Positions 1 through 15,000 of a DNA stretch of 64,000 bases are shown one piece after another (within the stretch, counting starts at the first letter, position 1; the number at the start of each line of letters is the position of its first letter). The stretch is from the NCBI GenBank assembly GCA_964016885.1, contig OZ024745.1, forward strand, positions 92,070,001-92,134,000, in the 5' to 3' direction. The position numbers were made by a program, and so were the translations under genes. The DNA is from Eledone cirrhosa. Taxonomy: Eukaryota. A model generated the notes under the pieces. The model was not told the origin of the DNA. It made no database searches and saw nothing but the letters and a program-made list of their open reading frames with translations.

Positions 1-3000
1 GAGACAGTAAGTTATATTACTCTGTCTGAGTATCAAACAGCTCCACTAGATACAGTAAGTTATATTACTCTGTCTGAGTATCAAACAGCTCCACTAGATA
101 CTGTAAGTTATATTACTCTGTCTGCATATCAAACAGCTCCACTATATACAGTAAGTTATATTCCTCTGTCTGAGTATCAAACAGCTCCACTAGATACAGT
201 AAGTTATATTACTCTGCCTGAGTATCAAACAGCTCCACTAGATAAATTAAGTTATATTACTCTGCCTGAGTATCAAACAGCTCCACTAGATACAGTAAGT
301 TATATTACTCTGTCTGAGTATCAAACAGCTCCACTAGATACAGTAAGTTATATTACTCTGCCTGAGTATCAAACAGCTCCACTTGATACAGTAAGTTATA
401 TTACTCTGTCTCATTATCAAACAGCTCCACTAGATACAGTAAGTTATATTACTCTGTCTGAGTATCAAACAGCTCCACTAGATACAGTAAGTTATATTAC
501 TCTGCCTGAGTATCAAACAGCTCCACTAGATACAGTAAGTTATATTACTCTGTCTGAGTATCAAACACCTCCACTAAATACAGTAAGTTATATTACTCTG
601 TCTGCGTATCAAACAGCTCCACTAGATACAGTAAGTTATATTACTCTGTCTGAGTATCAAACAGCTCGACTAGATAGAGTAAGTTATATTACTCTGTCTG
701 AGTATCAAACAGCTCCACTAGATACAGTGTTATATTACTCTGTCTGAGTATCGAACAGCTCCACTAGATACAGTGTTATATTACTCTGTCTGAGTATCAA
801 ACAGCTCCACTAGATACAGTAAGTTATATTACTCTGTCTGCGTATCAAACAGCTCCACTAGATACAGTAAGTTATATTACTCTGTCTGAGTATCAAACAG
901 CTCCACTAGATACAGTAAGTTATATTACTCTGTCTGATTATCAAACAGCTCCACTAGATAAAGTAAGTTATATTACTCTGCCTGAGTATCAAACAGCTCC
1001 ACTAGATACAGTAACTTATATTACTCTGTCTGAGTATCAAACAGCTCCACTAGATACAGTAAGTTATATTACTCCGTCTGAGTATCAAACAGCTCCACTA
1101 GATACAGTAAGTTATATTACTCTGCCTGAGTATCAAACAGCTCCACTATATACAGTAAGTTATATTACTCTGCCTGAGTATCAAACAGCTCCACTAGATA
1201 CAGTAAGTTATATTACTCTGTCTGAGTATCAAACAGCTCCACTAGATAAAGTAAGTTATATTACTCTGCCTGAGTATCAAACAGCTCCACTAGATACTGT
1301 AAGTTATATTACTCTGTCTGCGTATCAAACAGCTCCACTAGATACAGTAAGTTATATTACTCTGTCTGAGTATCAAACCGCTCCACTAGATACAGTAAGT
1401 TATATTACTGTGCCTGAGTATCAAACAGCTCCACTAGATAAAGTAAGTTATATTACTCTGTCTAAGTATCAAACAGCTCCCCTAGATACAGTAAGTTATA
1501 TTCCTCTGCCTGAGTATCAAACAGCTCCCCTAGATACAGTAAATTATATTACTCTGTCTGAGTATCAAACAGCTCCACTAGATACAGTAAGTTATATTAC
1601 TCTGTCTGAGTATCAGACAGCTCCACTAGATACAGTAAGTTATATTACTCTGTCTGAGTATCAAACAGCTCCACTAGATACAGTAAGTTATATTACTCTG
1701 CCAGAGTATCAAACAGCTCCACTAGATACAGTAAGTTATATTACTCTGTCTGAGTATCAAACAGCTCCACTAGATACAGTGTTATATTACTCTGTCTGAG
1801 TATCAAACAGCTCCACTAGATACAGTAAGTTATATTACTCTGTCTGCGTATCAAACAGCTCCACTAGATACAGTAAGTTATATTACTCTGTCTGAGTATC
1901 AAACAGCTCCACTAGATACAGTAAGTTATATTACTCTGCCTGAGTATCAAACAGCTCCACTAGATAAAATAAGTTATATTACTCTCCCTGAGTATCAAAC
2001 AGCTCCACTAGATACAGTAAGTTATATTACTCTGTCTGAGTATCAAACAGCTCCACTAGATACAGTAAGTTATATTACTCTGTCTGAGTATCAAACAGCT
2101 CCACTAGATACAGTAAGTTATATTACTCTGCCTGAGTATCAAACAGCTCCACTAGATACAGTAAGTTATATTACTCTGTCTGAGTATCAAATAGCTCAGG
2201 TAGATACAGTAAGTTATATTACTCTGCCTGAGTATCAAACAGCTCCACTAGATACAGTAAGTTATATTACTCTGCCTGAGTATCAAACAGCTCCACTAGA
2301 TACAGTAAGTTATATTACTCTGTCTGAGTATCAAACAGCTCCACTAGATACAGTAAGTTATATTACTCTGTCTAAGTATCAGACAGCTCCCCTAGATACA
2401 GTAAGTTATATTCCTCTGCCTGAGTATCAAACAGCTCCCCTAGATACAGTAAATTATATTACTCTGTCTGAGTATCAAACAGCTCCACTAGATACAGTAA
2501 GTTAAATTACTCTGCCTGAGTATCAAACAGCTCCACTAGATACAGTAAGTTATATTACTCTGCCTGAGTATCAAATAGCTCCACTAGATATAGTAAATTA
2601 TATTACTCTGTCTGAGTATCAGACAGCTCCACTAGATACAGTAAGTTATATTACTCTGTCTAAGTATCAAACAGCTCCCCTAGATACAGTAAGTTATATT
2701 CCTCTGCCTGAGTATCAAACAGCTCCCCTAGATACAGTAAATTATATTACTCTGTCTGAGTATCAAACAGCTCCACTAGATACAGTAAGTTATATTACTC
2801 TGTCTGAGTATCAGACAGCTCCACTAGATACAGTAAGTTATATTACTCTGTCTGAGTATCAAACAGCTCCACTAGATACAGTAAGTTATATTACTCTGCC
2901 TGAGTATCAAACAGCTCCACTAGATACAGTAAGTTATATTACTCTGTCTGAGTATCAGACAGCTCCACTAGATACAGTAAGTTATATTCCTCTGCCTGAG

Positions 3001-6000
3001 TATCAAACAGCTCCCCTAGATACAGTAAGTAATATTACGCTGCCTGAGTATCAAACAGCTCCCCTAGATACAGTAAGTTATATTACTCTGTCTGAGTATC
3101 AAACAGCTCCCCCAGATACAGTAAGTTATATTACTCTGCCTGAGTATCAAAAAGCTCCACTAGATACAGTAAGTTATATTACTCTGCCTGAGTATCAAAC
3201 AGCTCCACTAGATACAGTAAGTTATATTACTCTGTCTGAGTATCAAACAGCTCCCCTAGATACAGTAAGTTATATTACTCTGTCTGAGTATCAAACAGCT
3301 CCACTAGATACTGTAAGTTATATTACTCTGTCTGCGTATCAAACAGCTCCACTATATACAGTAAGTTATATTACTCTGTCTGAGTATCAAACAGCTCCAC
3401 TAGATACAGTAAGTTATATTACTCTGCCTGAGTATCAAACAGCTCCACTAGATAAACTAAGTTATATTACTCTGCCTGAGTATCAAACAGCTCCACTAGA
3501 TACAGTAAGTTATATTACTCTGTCTGAGTATCAAACAGCTCCACTAGATACAGTAAGTTATATTACTCTGCCTGAGTATCAAACAGCTCCACTTGATACA
3601 GTAAGTTATATTACTCTGTCTGATTATCAAACAGCTCCCCCAGATACAGTAAGTTATTTTACTCTGCCTGAGTATCAAACAGCTCCACTAGATACAGTAA
3701 GTTATATTATTCTGTCTGAGTATCAAACAGCTCCACTAGATACAGTAAGTTATATTACTCTGTCTGAGTATCAAACAGCTCCACTAAATACAGTAAGTTA
3801 TATTACTCTGTCTGCGTATCAAACAGCTCCACTAGATACAGTAAGTTATATTACTCTGTCTGAGTATCAAACAGCTCCACTAGATAAAGTAAGTTATATT
3901 ACTCTGCCTGAGTATTAAACAGCTCCACTAGATACTGTAAGTTATATTACTCTGTCTGCGTATCAAACAGCTCCACTAGATACAGTAAGTTATATTACTC
4001 TGTCTGAGTATCAAACCGCTCCACTAGATACAGTAAGTTATATTACTCTGCCTGAGTATCAAACAGCTCCACTAGATACAGTAAGTTATATTACTCTGTC
4101 TGATTATCAAACAGCTCCACTAGATACAGTAAGTTATATTACTCTGCCTGAGTATCAAACAGCTCCCCCAGATACAGTAAGTTATATTACTCTGCCTGAG
4201 TATCAAACAGCTCCACTAGATACAGTAAGTTATATTATTCTGTCTGATTATCAAACAGCTCCACTAGATACAGTAAGTTATATTACTCTGTCTGAGTATC
4301 AAACAGCTCCACTAGATACAGTAAGTTATATTACTCTGCCTCAGTATCAAACAGCTCCACTAGATACAGTAAGTTATATTACTCTGCCTGAATATCAAAC
4401 AGCTCCGCTAGAGACAGTAAGTTATATTACTCTGTCTGAGTATCAAACAGCTCCACTAGATACAGTAAGTTATATTACTCTGTCTGAGTATCAAACAGCT
4501 CCACTAGATACTGTAAGTTATATTACTCTGTCTGCATATCAAACAGCTCCACTATATACAGTAAGTTATATTCCTCTGTCTGAGTATCAAACAGCTCCAC
4601 TAGATACAGTAAGTTATATTACTCTGCCTGAGTATCAAACAGCTCCACTAGATAAATTAAGTTATATTACTCTGCCTGAGTATCAAACAGCTCCACTAGA
4701 TACAGTAAGTTATATTACTCTGTCTGAGTATCAAACAGCTCCACTAGATACAGTAAGTTATATTACTCTGCCTGAGTATCAAACAGCTCCACTTGATACA
4801 GTAAGTTATATTACTCTGTCTCATTATCAAACAGCTCCACTAGATACAGTAAGTTATATTACTCTGTCTGAGTATCAAACAGCTCCACTAGATACAGTAA
4901 GTTATATTACTCTGCCTGAGTATCAAACAGCTCCACTAGATACAGTAAGTTATATTACTCTGTCTGAGTATCAAACACCTCCACTAAATACAGTAAGTTA
5001 TATTACTCTGTCTGCGTATCAAACAGCTCCACTAGATACAGTAAGTTATATTACTCTGTCTGAGTATCAAACAGCTCGACTAGATAGAGTAAGTTATATT
5101 ACTCTGTCTGAGTATCAAACAGCTCCACTAGATACAGTGTTATATTACTCTGTCTGAGTATCGAACAGCTCCACTAGATACAGTGTTATATTACTCTGTC
5201 TGAGTATCAAACAGCTCCACTAGATACAGTAAGTTATATTACTCTGTCTGCGTATCAAACAGCTCCACTAGATACAGTAAGTTATATTACTCTGTCTGAG
5301 TATCAAACAGCTCCACTAGATACAGTAAGTTATATTACTCTGTCTGATTATCAAACAGCTCCACTAGATAAAGTAAGTTATATTACTCTGCCTGAGTATC
5401 AAACAGCTCCACTAGATACAGTAACTTATATTACTCTGTCTGAGTATCAAACAGCTCCACTAGATACAGTAAGTTATATTACTCCGTCTGAGTATCAAAC
5501 AGCTCCACTAGATACAGTAAGTTATATTACTCTGCCTGAGTATCAAACAGCTCCACTATATACAGTAAGTTATATTACTCTGCCTGAGTATCAAATAGCT
5601 CCACTAGATACAGTAAGTTATATTCCTCTGTCTGAGTATCAAACAGCTCCCCTAGATACAGTAAGTTATATTCCTCTGCCTGAGTATCAAACAGCTCCCC
5701 TAGATACAGTAAGTAATATTACTCTGCCTGAGTATCAAACAGCTCCCCTAGATACAGTAAGTTATATTACTCTGTCTGAGTATCAAACAGCTCCACTAGA
5801 TACAGTAAGTTATATTACTCTGCCTGAGTATCAAACAGCTCCACTAGATACAGTAAGTTATATTACTCTGTCTGAGTATCAAACAGCTCCACTAGATACA
5901 GTAAGTTATATTACTCTGCATGAGTATCAAATAGCTCCACTAGATACAGTAAGTTATATTACTCTGTCTGAGTATCAAACAGCTCCACTAGATACAGTAA

Positions 6001-9000
6001 CTTATATTACTCTGTCTGAGTATCAAACAGCTCCACTAGATACAGTAAGTTATATTACTCTGCCTGAGTATCAAACAGCTCCACTAGATACAGTAAGTTA
6101 TATTACTCTGTCTGAGTATCAAACAGCTCCACTAGATACAGTAAGTCATATTACTCTGTCTGAGTATCAAACAGCTCCACTAGATACTGTAAGTTATATT
6201 ACTCTGTCTGCGTATCAAACAGCTCCACTATATACAGTAAGTTATATTACTCTGTCTGAGTATCAAACAGCTCCACTAGATACAGTAAGTTATATTACTC
6301 TGCCTAAGTATCAAACAGCTCCACTAGATAAACTAAGTTATATTACTCTGCCTGAGTATCAAACAGCTCCACTAGATACAGTAAGTTATATTACTCTGTC
6401 TGAGTATCAAACAGCTCCACTAGATACAGTAAGTTATATTACTCTGCCTGAGTATCAAACAGCTCCACTTGATACAGTAAGTTATATTACTCTGTCTGAT
6501 TATTAAACAGCTCCCCCAGATACAGTAAGTTATTTTACTCTGCCTGAGTATCAAACAGCTCCACTAGATACAGTAAGTTATATTATTCTGTCTGAGTATC
6601 AAACAGCTCCACTAGATACAGTAAGTTATATTACTCTGTCTGAGTATCAAACAGCTCCACTAAATACAGTAAGTTATATTACTCTGTCTGCGTATCAAAC
6701 AGCTCCACTAGATACAGTAAGTTATATTACTCTGTCTGAGTATCAAACACCTCCACTAAATACAGTAAGTTATATTACTCTGTCTGCGTATCAAACAGCT
6801 CCACTAGATACAGTAAGTTATATTACTCTGTCTGAGTATCAAACAGCTCCACTAGATAAAGTAAGTTATATTACTCTGCCTGAGTATTAAACAGCTCCAC
6901 TGGATACTGTAAGTTATATTACTCTGTCTGCGTATCAAACAGCTCCACTAGATACAGTAAGTTATATTACTCTGTCTGAGTATCAAACCGCTCCACTAGA
7001 TACAGTAAGTTATATTACTCTGCCTGAGTATCAAACAGCTCCACTAGATACAGTAAGTTATATTACTCTGTCTGATTATCAAACAGCTCCACTAGATACA
7101 GTAAGTTATATTACTCTGCCTGAGTATCAAACAGCTCCCCCAGATACAGTAAGTTATATTACTCTGTCTGAGTATCAAACAGCTCCACTAGATACAGTAA
7201 GTTATATTATTCTGTCTGAGTATCAAACAGCTCCACTAGATACAGTAAGTTATATTACTCTGTCTGAGTATCAAACAGCTCCACTAGATACAGTAAGTTA
7301 TATTACTCTGCCTCAGTATCAAACAGCTCCACTAGATACAGTAAGTTATATTACTCAGCCTGAGTATCAAACAGCTCCACTAGATACAGTAAGTTATATT
7401 ACTCTGTCTGAGTATCAAACAGCTCCACTATATACAGTAGGTTATATTACTCTGCCTGAGTATCAAACAGCTCCCCTAGATACAGTAGGTTATATTACTC
7501 TGTCTGAGTATCAAACAGCTCCACTAGATACAGTAAGTTATATTACTCTGCCTGAGTATCAAACAGCTCCACTAGATACAGTAAGTTATATTACTCTGCC
7601 TGAGTATCAAACAGCTCCACTAGATACAGTAAGTTATATTACTCTGCCTGAGTATCAAGCAGCTCCACTAGATACAGTAAATTATATTACTCTGTCTGAG
7701 TATCAAACAGCTCCACTAGATACAGTAAGTTTTATTACTCTGCCTGAGTATCAAACAGCTCCACTAGATACAGTAAGTTATATTACTCTGCCTGAATATC
7801 AAACAGCTCCACTAGAGACAGTAAGTTATATTACTCTGTCTGAGTATCAAACAGCTCCACTAGATACAGTAAGTTATATTACTCTGTCTGAGTATCAAAC
7901 AGCTCCACTAGATACTGTAAGTTATATTACTCTGTCTGCATATCAAACAGCTCCACTATATACAGTAAGTTATATTCCTCTGTCTGAGTATCAAACAGCT
8001 CCACTAGATACAGTAAGTTATATTACTCTGCCTGAGTATCAAACAGCTCCACTAGATAAACTAAGTTATATTACTCTGCCTGAGTATCAAACAGCTCCAC
8101 TAGATACAGTAAGTTATATTACTCTGCCTGAGTATCAAACAGCTCCACTTGATACAGTAAGTTATATTACTCTGTCTGATTATCAAACAGCTCCACTAGA
8201 TACAGTAAGTTATATTACTCTGTCTGAGTATCAAACAGCTCCACTAGATACAGTAAGTTATATTACTCTGCCTGAGTATCAAACAGCTCCACTAGATACA
8301 GTAAGTTATATTACTCTGTCTGAGTATCAAACACCTCCACTAAATACAGTAAGTTATATTACTCTGTCTGCGTATCAAACAGCTCCACTAGATACAGTAA
8401 GTTATATTACTCTGTCTGAGTATCAAACAGCTCCACTAGATAAAGTAAGTTATATTACTCTGCCTGAGTATCAAACAGCTCCACTAGATACTGTAAGTTA
8501 TATTACTCTGTCTGCGTATCAAACAGTTCCACTAGATACAGTAAGTTATATTACTCTGTCTGAGTATCAAACCGCTCCACTAGATACAGTAAGTTATATT
8601 ACTGTGCCTGAGTATCAAACAGCTCCACTAGATAAAGTAAGTTATATTACTCTGCCTGAGTATCAAACAGCTCCACTAGATAAAGTAAGTTATATTACTC
8701 TGCCTGAGTATCAAACAGCTCCACTAGATACAGTAAGTTATATTACTCTGCCTGAGTATCAAACAGCTCCACTAGATACAGTAAGTTATATTACTCTGTC
8801 TGATTATCAAACAGCTCCACTAGATACAGTAAGTTATATTACTCTGCCTGAGTATCAAACAGTTCCCCAGATACAGTAAGTTGTATTACTCTGCCTGAGT
8901 ATCAAACAGCTCCACTAGATACAGTAAGTTATGTTATTCTGTCTGAGTATCAAACAGCTCCACTAGATACAGTAAGTTATATTACTCTGTCTGAGTATCA

Positions 9001-12000
9001 AACAGCTCCACTAGATACAGTAGGTTATATTACTCTGCCTGAGTATCAAACAGCTCCCCTAGATACAGTAGGTTATATTACTCTGTCTGAGTATCAAACA
9101 GCTCCACTAGATACAGTAATTATATTACTCTGTCTGAGTATCAAACATCTCCACTAGATACAGTAAGTTATATTACTCTGCCTGAGTTTCAAACAGCTCC
9201 ACTAGATACAGTAAGTTATATTACTCTGCCTGAGTATCAAGCAGCTCCACTAGATACAGTAAGTTATATTACTCTGTCTGAGTATCAAACAGCTCCACTA
9301 GATACAGTAAGTTTTATTACTCTGCCTGAGTATCAAACAGCTCCACTAGATACAGTAAGTTATATTACTCTGCCTGAGTATCAAACAGCTCCACTAGATA
9401 CAGTAAGTTATATTACTCTGCCTGAGTATCAAACAGCTCCACTAGATACAGTAAGTTATATTACTCTGCCTGAGTATCAAGCAGCTCCACTAGATACAGT
9501 AAGTTATATTACTCTGTCTGAGTATCAAACAGCTCCACTAGATACAGTAAGTTTTATTACTCTGCCTGAGTATCAAACAGCTCCACTAGATACAGTAAGT
9601 TATATTACTCTGCCTGAATATCAAACAGCTCCACTAGAGACAGTAAGTTATATTACTCTGTCTGAGTATCAAACAGCTCCACTAGATACAGTAAGTTATA
9701 TTACTCTGTCTGAGTATCAAACAGCTCCACTAGATACTGTAAGTTATATTACTCTGTCTGCATATCAAACAGCTCCACTATATACAGTAAGTTATATTCC
9801 TCTGTCTGAGTATCAAACAGCTCCACTAGATACAGTAAGTTATATTACTCTGCCTGAGTATCAAACAGCTCCACTAGATAAACTAAGTTATATTACTCTG
9901 CCTGAGTATCAAACAGCTCCACTAGATACAGTAAGTTATATTACTCTGTCTGAGTATCAAACAGCTCCACTAGATACAGTAAGTTATATTACTCTGCCTG
10001 AGTATCAAACAGCTCCACTTGATACAGTAAGTTATATTACTCTGTCTGATTATCAAACAGTTCCACTAGATACAGTAAGTTATATTACTCTGTCTGAGTA
10101 TCAAACAGCTCCACTAGATACAGTAAGTTATATTACTCTGTCTGAGTATCAAACAGCTCCACTAGATACAGTAAGTTATATTACTCTGCCTGAGTATCAA
10201 ACAGCTCCACTAGATAAACTAAGTTATATTACTCTGCCTGAGTATCAAACAGCTCCACTAGATACAGTAAGTTATATTACTCTGTCTGAGTATCAAACAG
10301 CTCCACTAGATACAGTAAGTTATATTACTCTGCCTGAGTATCAAGCAGCTCCACTAGATACAGTAAGTTATATTACTCTGTCTGAGTATCAAACAGCTCC
10401 ACTAGATACAGTAAGTTTTATTACTCTGCCTGAGTATCAAACAGCTCCACTAGATACAGTAAGTTATATTACTCTGCCTGAATATCAAACAGCTCCACTA
10501 GAGACAGTAAGTTATATTACTCTGTCTGAGTATCAAACAGCTCCACTAGATACAGTAAGTTATATTACTCTGTCTGAGTATCAAACAGCTCCACTAGATA
10601 CTGTAAGTTATATTACTCTGTCTGCATATCAAACAGCTCCACTATATACAGTAAGTTATATTCCTCTGTCTGAGTATCAAACAGCTCCACTAGATACAGT
10701 AAGTTATATTACTCTGCCTGAGTATCAAACAGCTCCACTAGATAAACTAAGTTATATTACTCTGCCTGAGTATCAAACAGCTCCACTAGATACAGTAAGT
10801 TATATTACTCTGTCTGAGTATCAAACAGCTCCACTAGATACAGTAAGTTATATTACTCTGCCTGAGTATCAAACAGCTCCACTTGATACAGTAAGTTATA
10901 TTACTCTGTCTGATTATCAAACAGTTCCACTAGATACAGTAAGTTATATTACTCTGTCTGAGTATCAAACAGCTCCACTAGATACAGTAAGTTATATTAC
11001 TCTGTCTGAGTATCAAACAGCTCCACTAGATACAGTAAGTTATATTACTCTGCCTGAGTATCAAACAGCTCCACTAGATAAACTAAGTTATATTACTCTG
11101 CCTGAGTATCAAACAGCTCCACTAGATACAGTAAGTTATATTACTCTGTCTGAGTATCAAACAGCTCCACTAGATACAGTAAGTTATATTACTCTGCCTG
11201 AGTATCAAACAGCTCCACTTGATACAGTAAGTTATATTACTCTGTCTGATTATCAAACAGCTCCACTAGATACAGTAAGTTATATTACTCTGTCTGAGTA
11301 TCAAACAGCTCCACTAGATACAGTAAGTTATATTACTCTGCCTGAGTATCAAACAGCTCCACTAGATACAGTAAGTTATATTACTCTGTCTGAGTATCAA
11401 ACACCTCCACTAAATACAGTAAGTTATATTACTCTGTCTGCGTATCAAACAGCTCCACTAGATACAGTAAGTTATATTACTCTGTCTGAGTATCAAACAG
11501 CTCCACTAGATAAAGTAAGTTATATTACTCTGCCTGAGTATCAAACAGCTCCACTAGATACTGTAAGTTATATTACTCTGTCTGCGTATCAAACAGCTCC
11601 ACTAGATACAGTAAGTTATATTACTCTGTCTGAGTATCAAACCGCTCCACTAGATACAGTAAGTTATATTACTGTGCCTGAGTATCAAACAGCTCCACTA
11701 GATAAAGTAAGTTATATTACTCTGTCTAAGTATCAAACAGCTCCCCTAGATACAGTAAGTTATATTCCTCTGCCTGAGTATCAAACAGCTCCCCTAGATA
11801 CAGTAAATTATATTACTCTGTCTGAGTATCAAACAGCTCCACTAGATACAGTAAGTTATATTACTCTGTCTGAGTATCAGACAGCTCCACTAGATACAGT
11901 AAGTTATATTACTCTGTCTGAGTATCAAACAGCTCCACTAGATACAGTAAGTTATATTACTCTGCCAGAGTATCAAACAGCTCCACTAGATACAGTAAGT

Positions 12001-15000
12001 TATATTACTCTGTCTGAGTATCAAACAGCTCCACTAGATACAGTGTTATATTACTCTGTCTGAGTATCAAACAGCTCCACTAGATACAGTAAGTTATATT
12101 ACTCTGTCTGCGTATCAAACAGCTCCACTAGATACAGTAAGTTATATTACTCTGTCTGAGTATCAAACAGCTCCACTAGATACAGTAAGTTATATTACTC
12201 TGCCTGAGTATCAAACAGCTCCACTAGATAAAATAAGTTATATTACTCTCCCTGAGTATCAAACAGCTCCACTAGATACAGTAAGTTATATTACTCTGTC
12301 TGAGTATCAAACAGCTCCCCTAGATACAGTAAATTATATTACTCTGTCTGAGTATCAAACAGCTCCACTAGATACAGTAAGTTATATTACTCTGTCTGAG
12401 TATCAAACCGCTCCACTAGATACAGTAAGTTATATTACTGTGCCTGAGTATCAAACAGCTCCACTAGATAAAGTAAGTTATATTACTCTGTCTAAGTATC
12501 AAACAGCTCCCCTAGATACAGTAAGTTATATTCCTCTGCCTGAGTATCAAACAGCTCCCCTAGATACAGTAAATTATATTACTCTGTCTGAGTATCAAAC
12601 AGCTCCACTAGATACAGTAAGTTATATTACTCTGTCTAAGTATCAAACAGCTCCCCTAGATACAGTAAGTTATATTCCTCTGCCTGAGTATCAAACAGCT
12701 CCCCTAGATACAGTAAATTATATTACTCTGTCTGAGTATCAAACAGCTCCACTAGATACAGTAAGTTATATTACTCTGTCTGAGTATCAGACAGCTCCAC
12801 TAGATACAGTAAGTTATATTACTCTGTCTGAGTATCAAACAGCTCCACTAGATACAGTAAGTTATATTACTCTGCCAGAGTATCAAACAGCTCCACTAGA
12901 TACAGTAAGTTATATTACTCTGTCTGAGTATCAAACAGCTCCACTAGATACAGTGTTATATTACTCTGTCTGAGTATCAAACAGCTCCACTAGATACAGT
13001 AAGTTATATTACTCTGTCTGCGTATCAAACAGCTCCACTAGATACAGTAAGTTATATTACTCTGTCTGAGTATCAAACAGCTCCACTAGATACAGTAAGT
13101 TATATTACTCTGCCTGAGTATCAAACAGCTCCACTAGATAAAATAAGTTATATTACTCTCCCTGAGTATCAAACAGCTCCACTAGATACAGTAAGTTATA
13201 TTACTCTGTCTGAGTATCAAACAGCTCCACTAGATACAGTAAGTTATATTACTCTGTCTGAGTATCAAACAGCTCCACTAGATACAGTAAGTTATATTAC
13301 TCTGCCTGAGTATCAAACAGCTCCACTAGATACAGTAAGTTATATTACTCTGTCTGAGTATTAAATAGCTCCAGTAGATACAGTAAGTTATATTACTCTG
13401 CCTGAGTATCAAACAGCTCCACTAGATACAGTAAGTTATATTACTCTGCCTGAGTATCAAACAGCTCCACTAGATACAGTAAGTTATATTACTCTGTCTG
13501 AGTATCAAACAGCTCCACTAGATACAGTAAGTTATATTACTCTGTCTAAGTATCAGACAGCTCCCCTAGATACAGTAAGTTATATTCCTCTGCCTGAGTA
13601 TCAAACAGCTCCCCTAGATACAGTAAATTATATTACTCTGTCTGAGTATCAAACAGCTCCACTAGATACAGTAAGTTAAATTACTCTGCCTGAGTATCAA
13701 ACAGCTCCACTAGATACAGTAAGTTATATTACTCTGCCTGAGTATCAAATAGCTCCACTAGATATAGTAAATTATATTACTCTGTCTGAGTATCAGACAG
13801 CTCCACTAGATACAGTAAGTTATATTACTCTGTCTAAGTATCAAACAGCTCCCCTAGATACAGTAAGTTATATTCCTCTGCCTGAGTATCAAACAGCTCC
13901 CCTAGATACAGTAAATTATATTACTCTGTCTGAGTATCAAACAGCTCCACTAGATACAGTAAGTTATATTACTCTGTCTGAGTATCAGACAGCTCCACTA
14001 GATACAGTAAGTTATATTACTCTGTCTGAGTATCAAACAGCTCCACTAGATACAGTAAGTTATATTACTCTGCCTGAGTATCAAACAGCTCCACTAGATA
14101 CAGTAAGTTATATTACTCTGTCTGAGTATCAAACAGCTCCACTAGATACAGTGTTATATTACTCTGTCTGAGTATCAAACAGCTCCACTAGATACAGTAA
14201 GTTATATTACTCTGTCTGCGTATCAAACAGCTCCACTAGATACAGTAAGTTATATTACTCTGCCTGAGTATCAAACAGCTCCCCTAGATACAGTTAGTTA
14301 TATTACTCTGCCTGAGTATCAAGCAGCTCCAATACATACAGTAAGTTATATTACTCTGCCTGAGTATCAAACAGCTCCACTACATACAGTAAGTTATATT
14401 ACTCTGCCTGAGTATCAAACGGCTCCACTAGATACAGTAAGTTATATTACTCTGCCTGAGTATCAAACAGCTCCACTAGATACAGTAAGTTATATTACTC
14501 TGCCTGAGTATCAAACAGCTCCACTAGATAAAGTAAGTTATATTACTCCGTCTGAGTATCAAACAGCTCCACTAGATACAGTAAGTTATATTACTCTGCC
14601 TGAGTATCAAACAGCTCCACTATATACAGTAAGTTATATTACTCTGCCTGAGTAACAAACAGCTCCACTAGATACAGTAAGTTATATTACTCTGCCTGAG
14701 TATCAAACAGCTCCACTAGATACAGTAAGTTATATTACTCTGTCTGAGTATCAAACAGCTCCACTAGATACAGTAAGTTATATTACTCTGTCTGAGTATC
14801 AGACAGCTCCACTAGATACGGTAAGTTATATTACTCTGTCTGAGTATCAAACAGCTCCACTAGATACAGTAAGTTATATTACTCTGTCTGAGTATCAAAC
14901 AGCTCCACTAGATACAGTAAGTTATATTACTCTGTCTGAGTATCAAACAGCTCCACTAGATACAGTAAGTTATATTTCTCTGCCTGAGTATCAAACAGCT

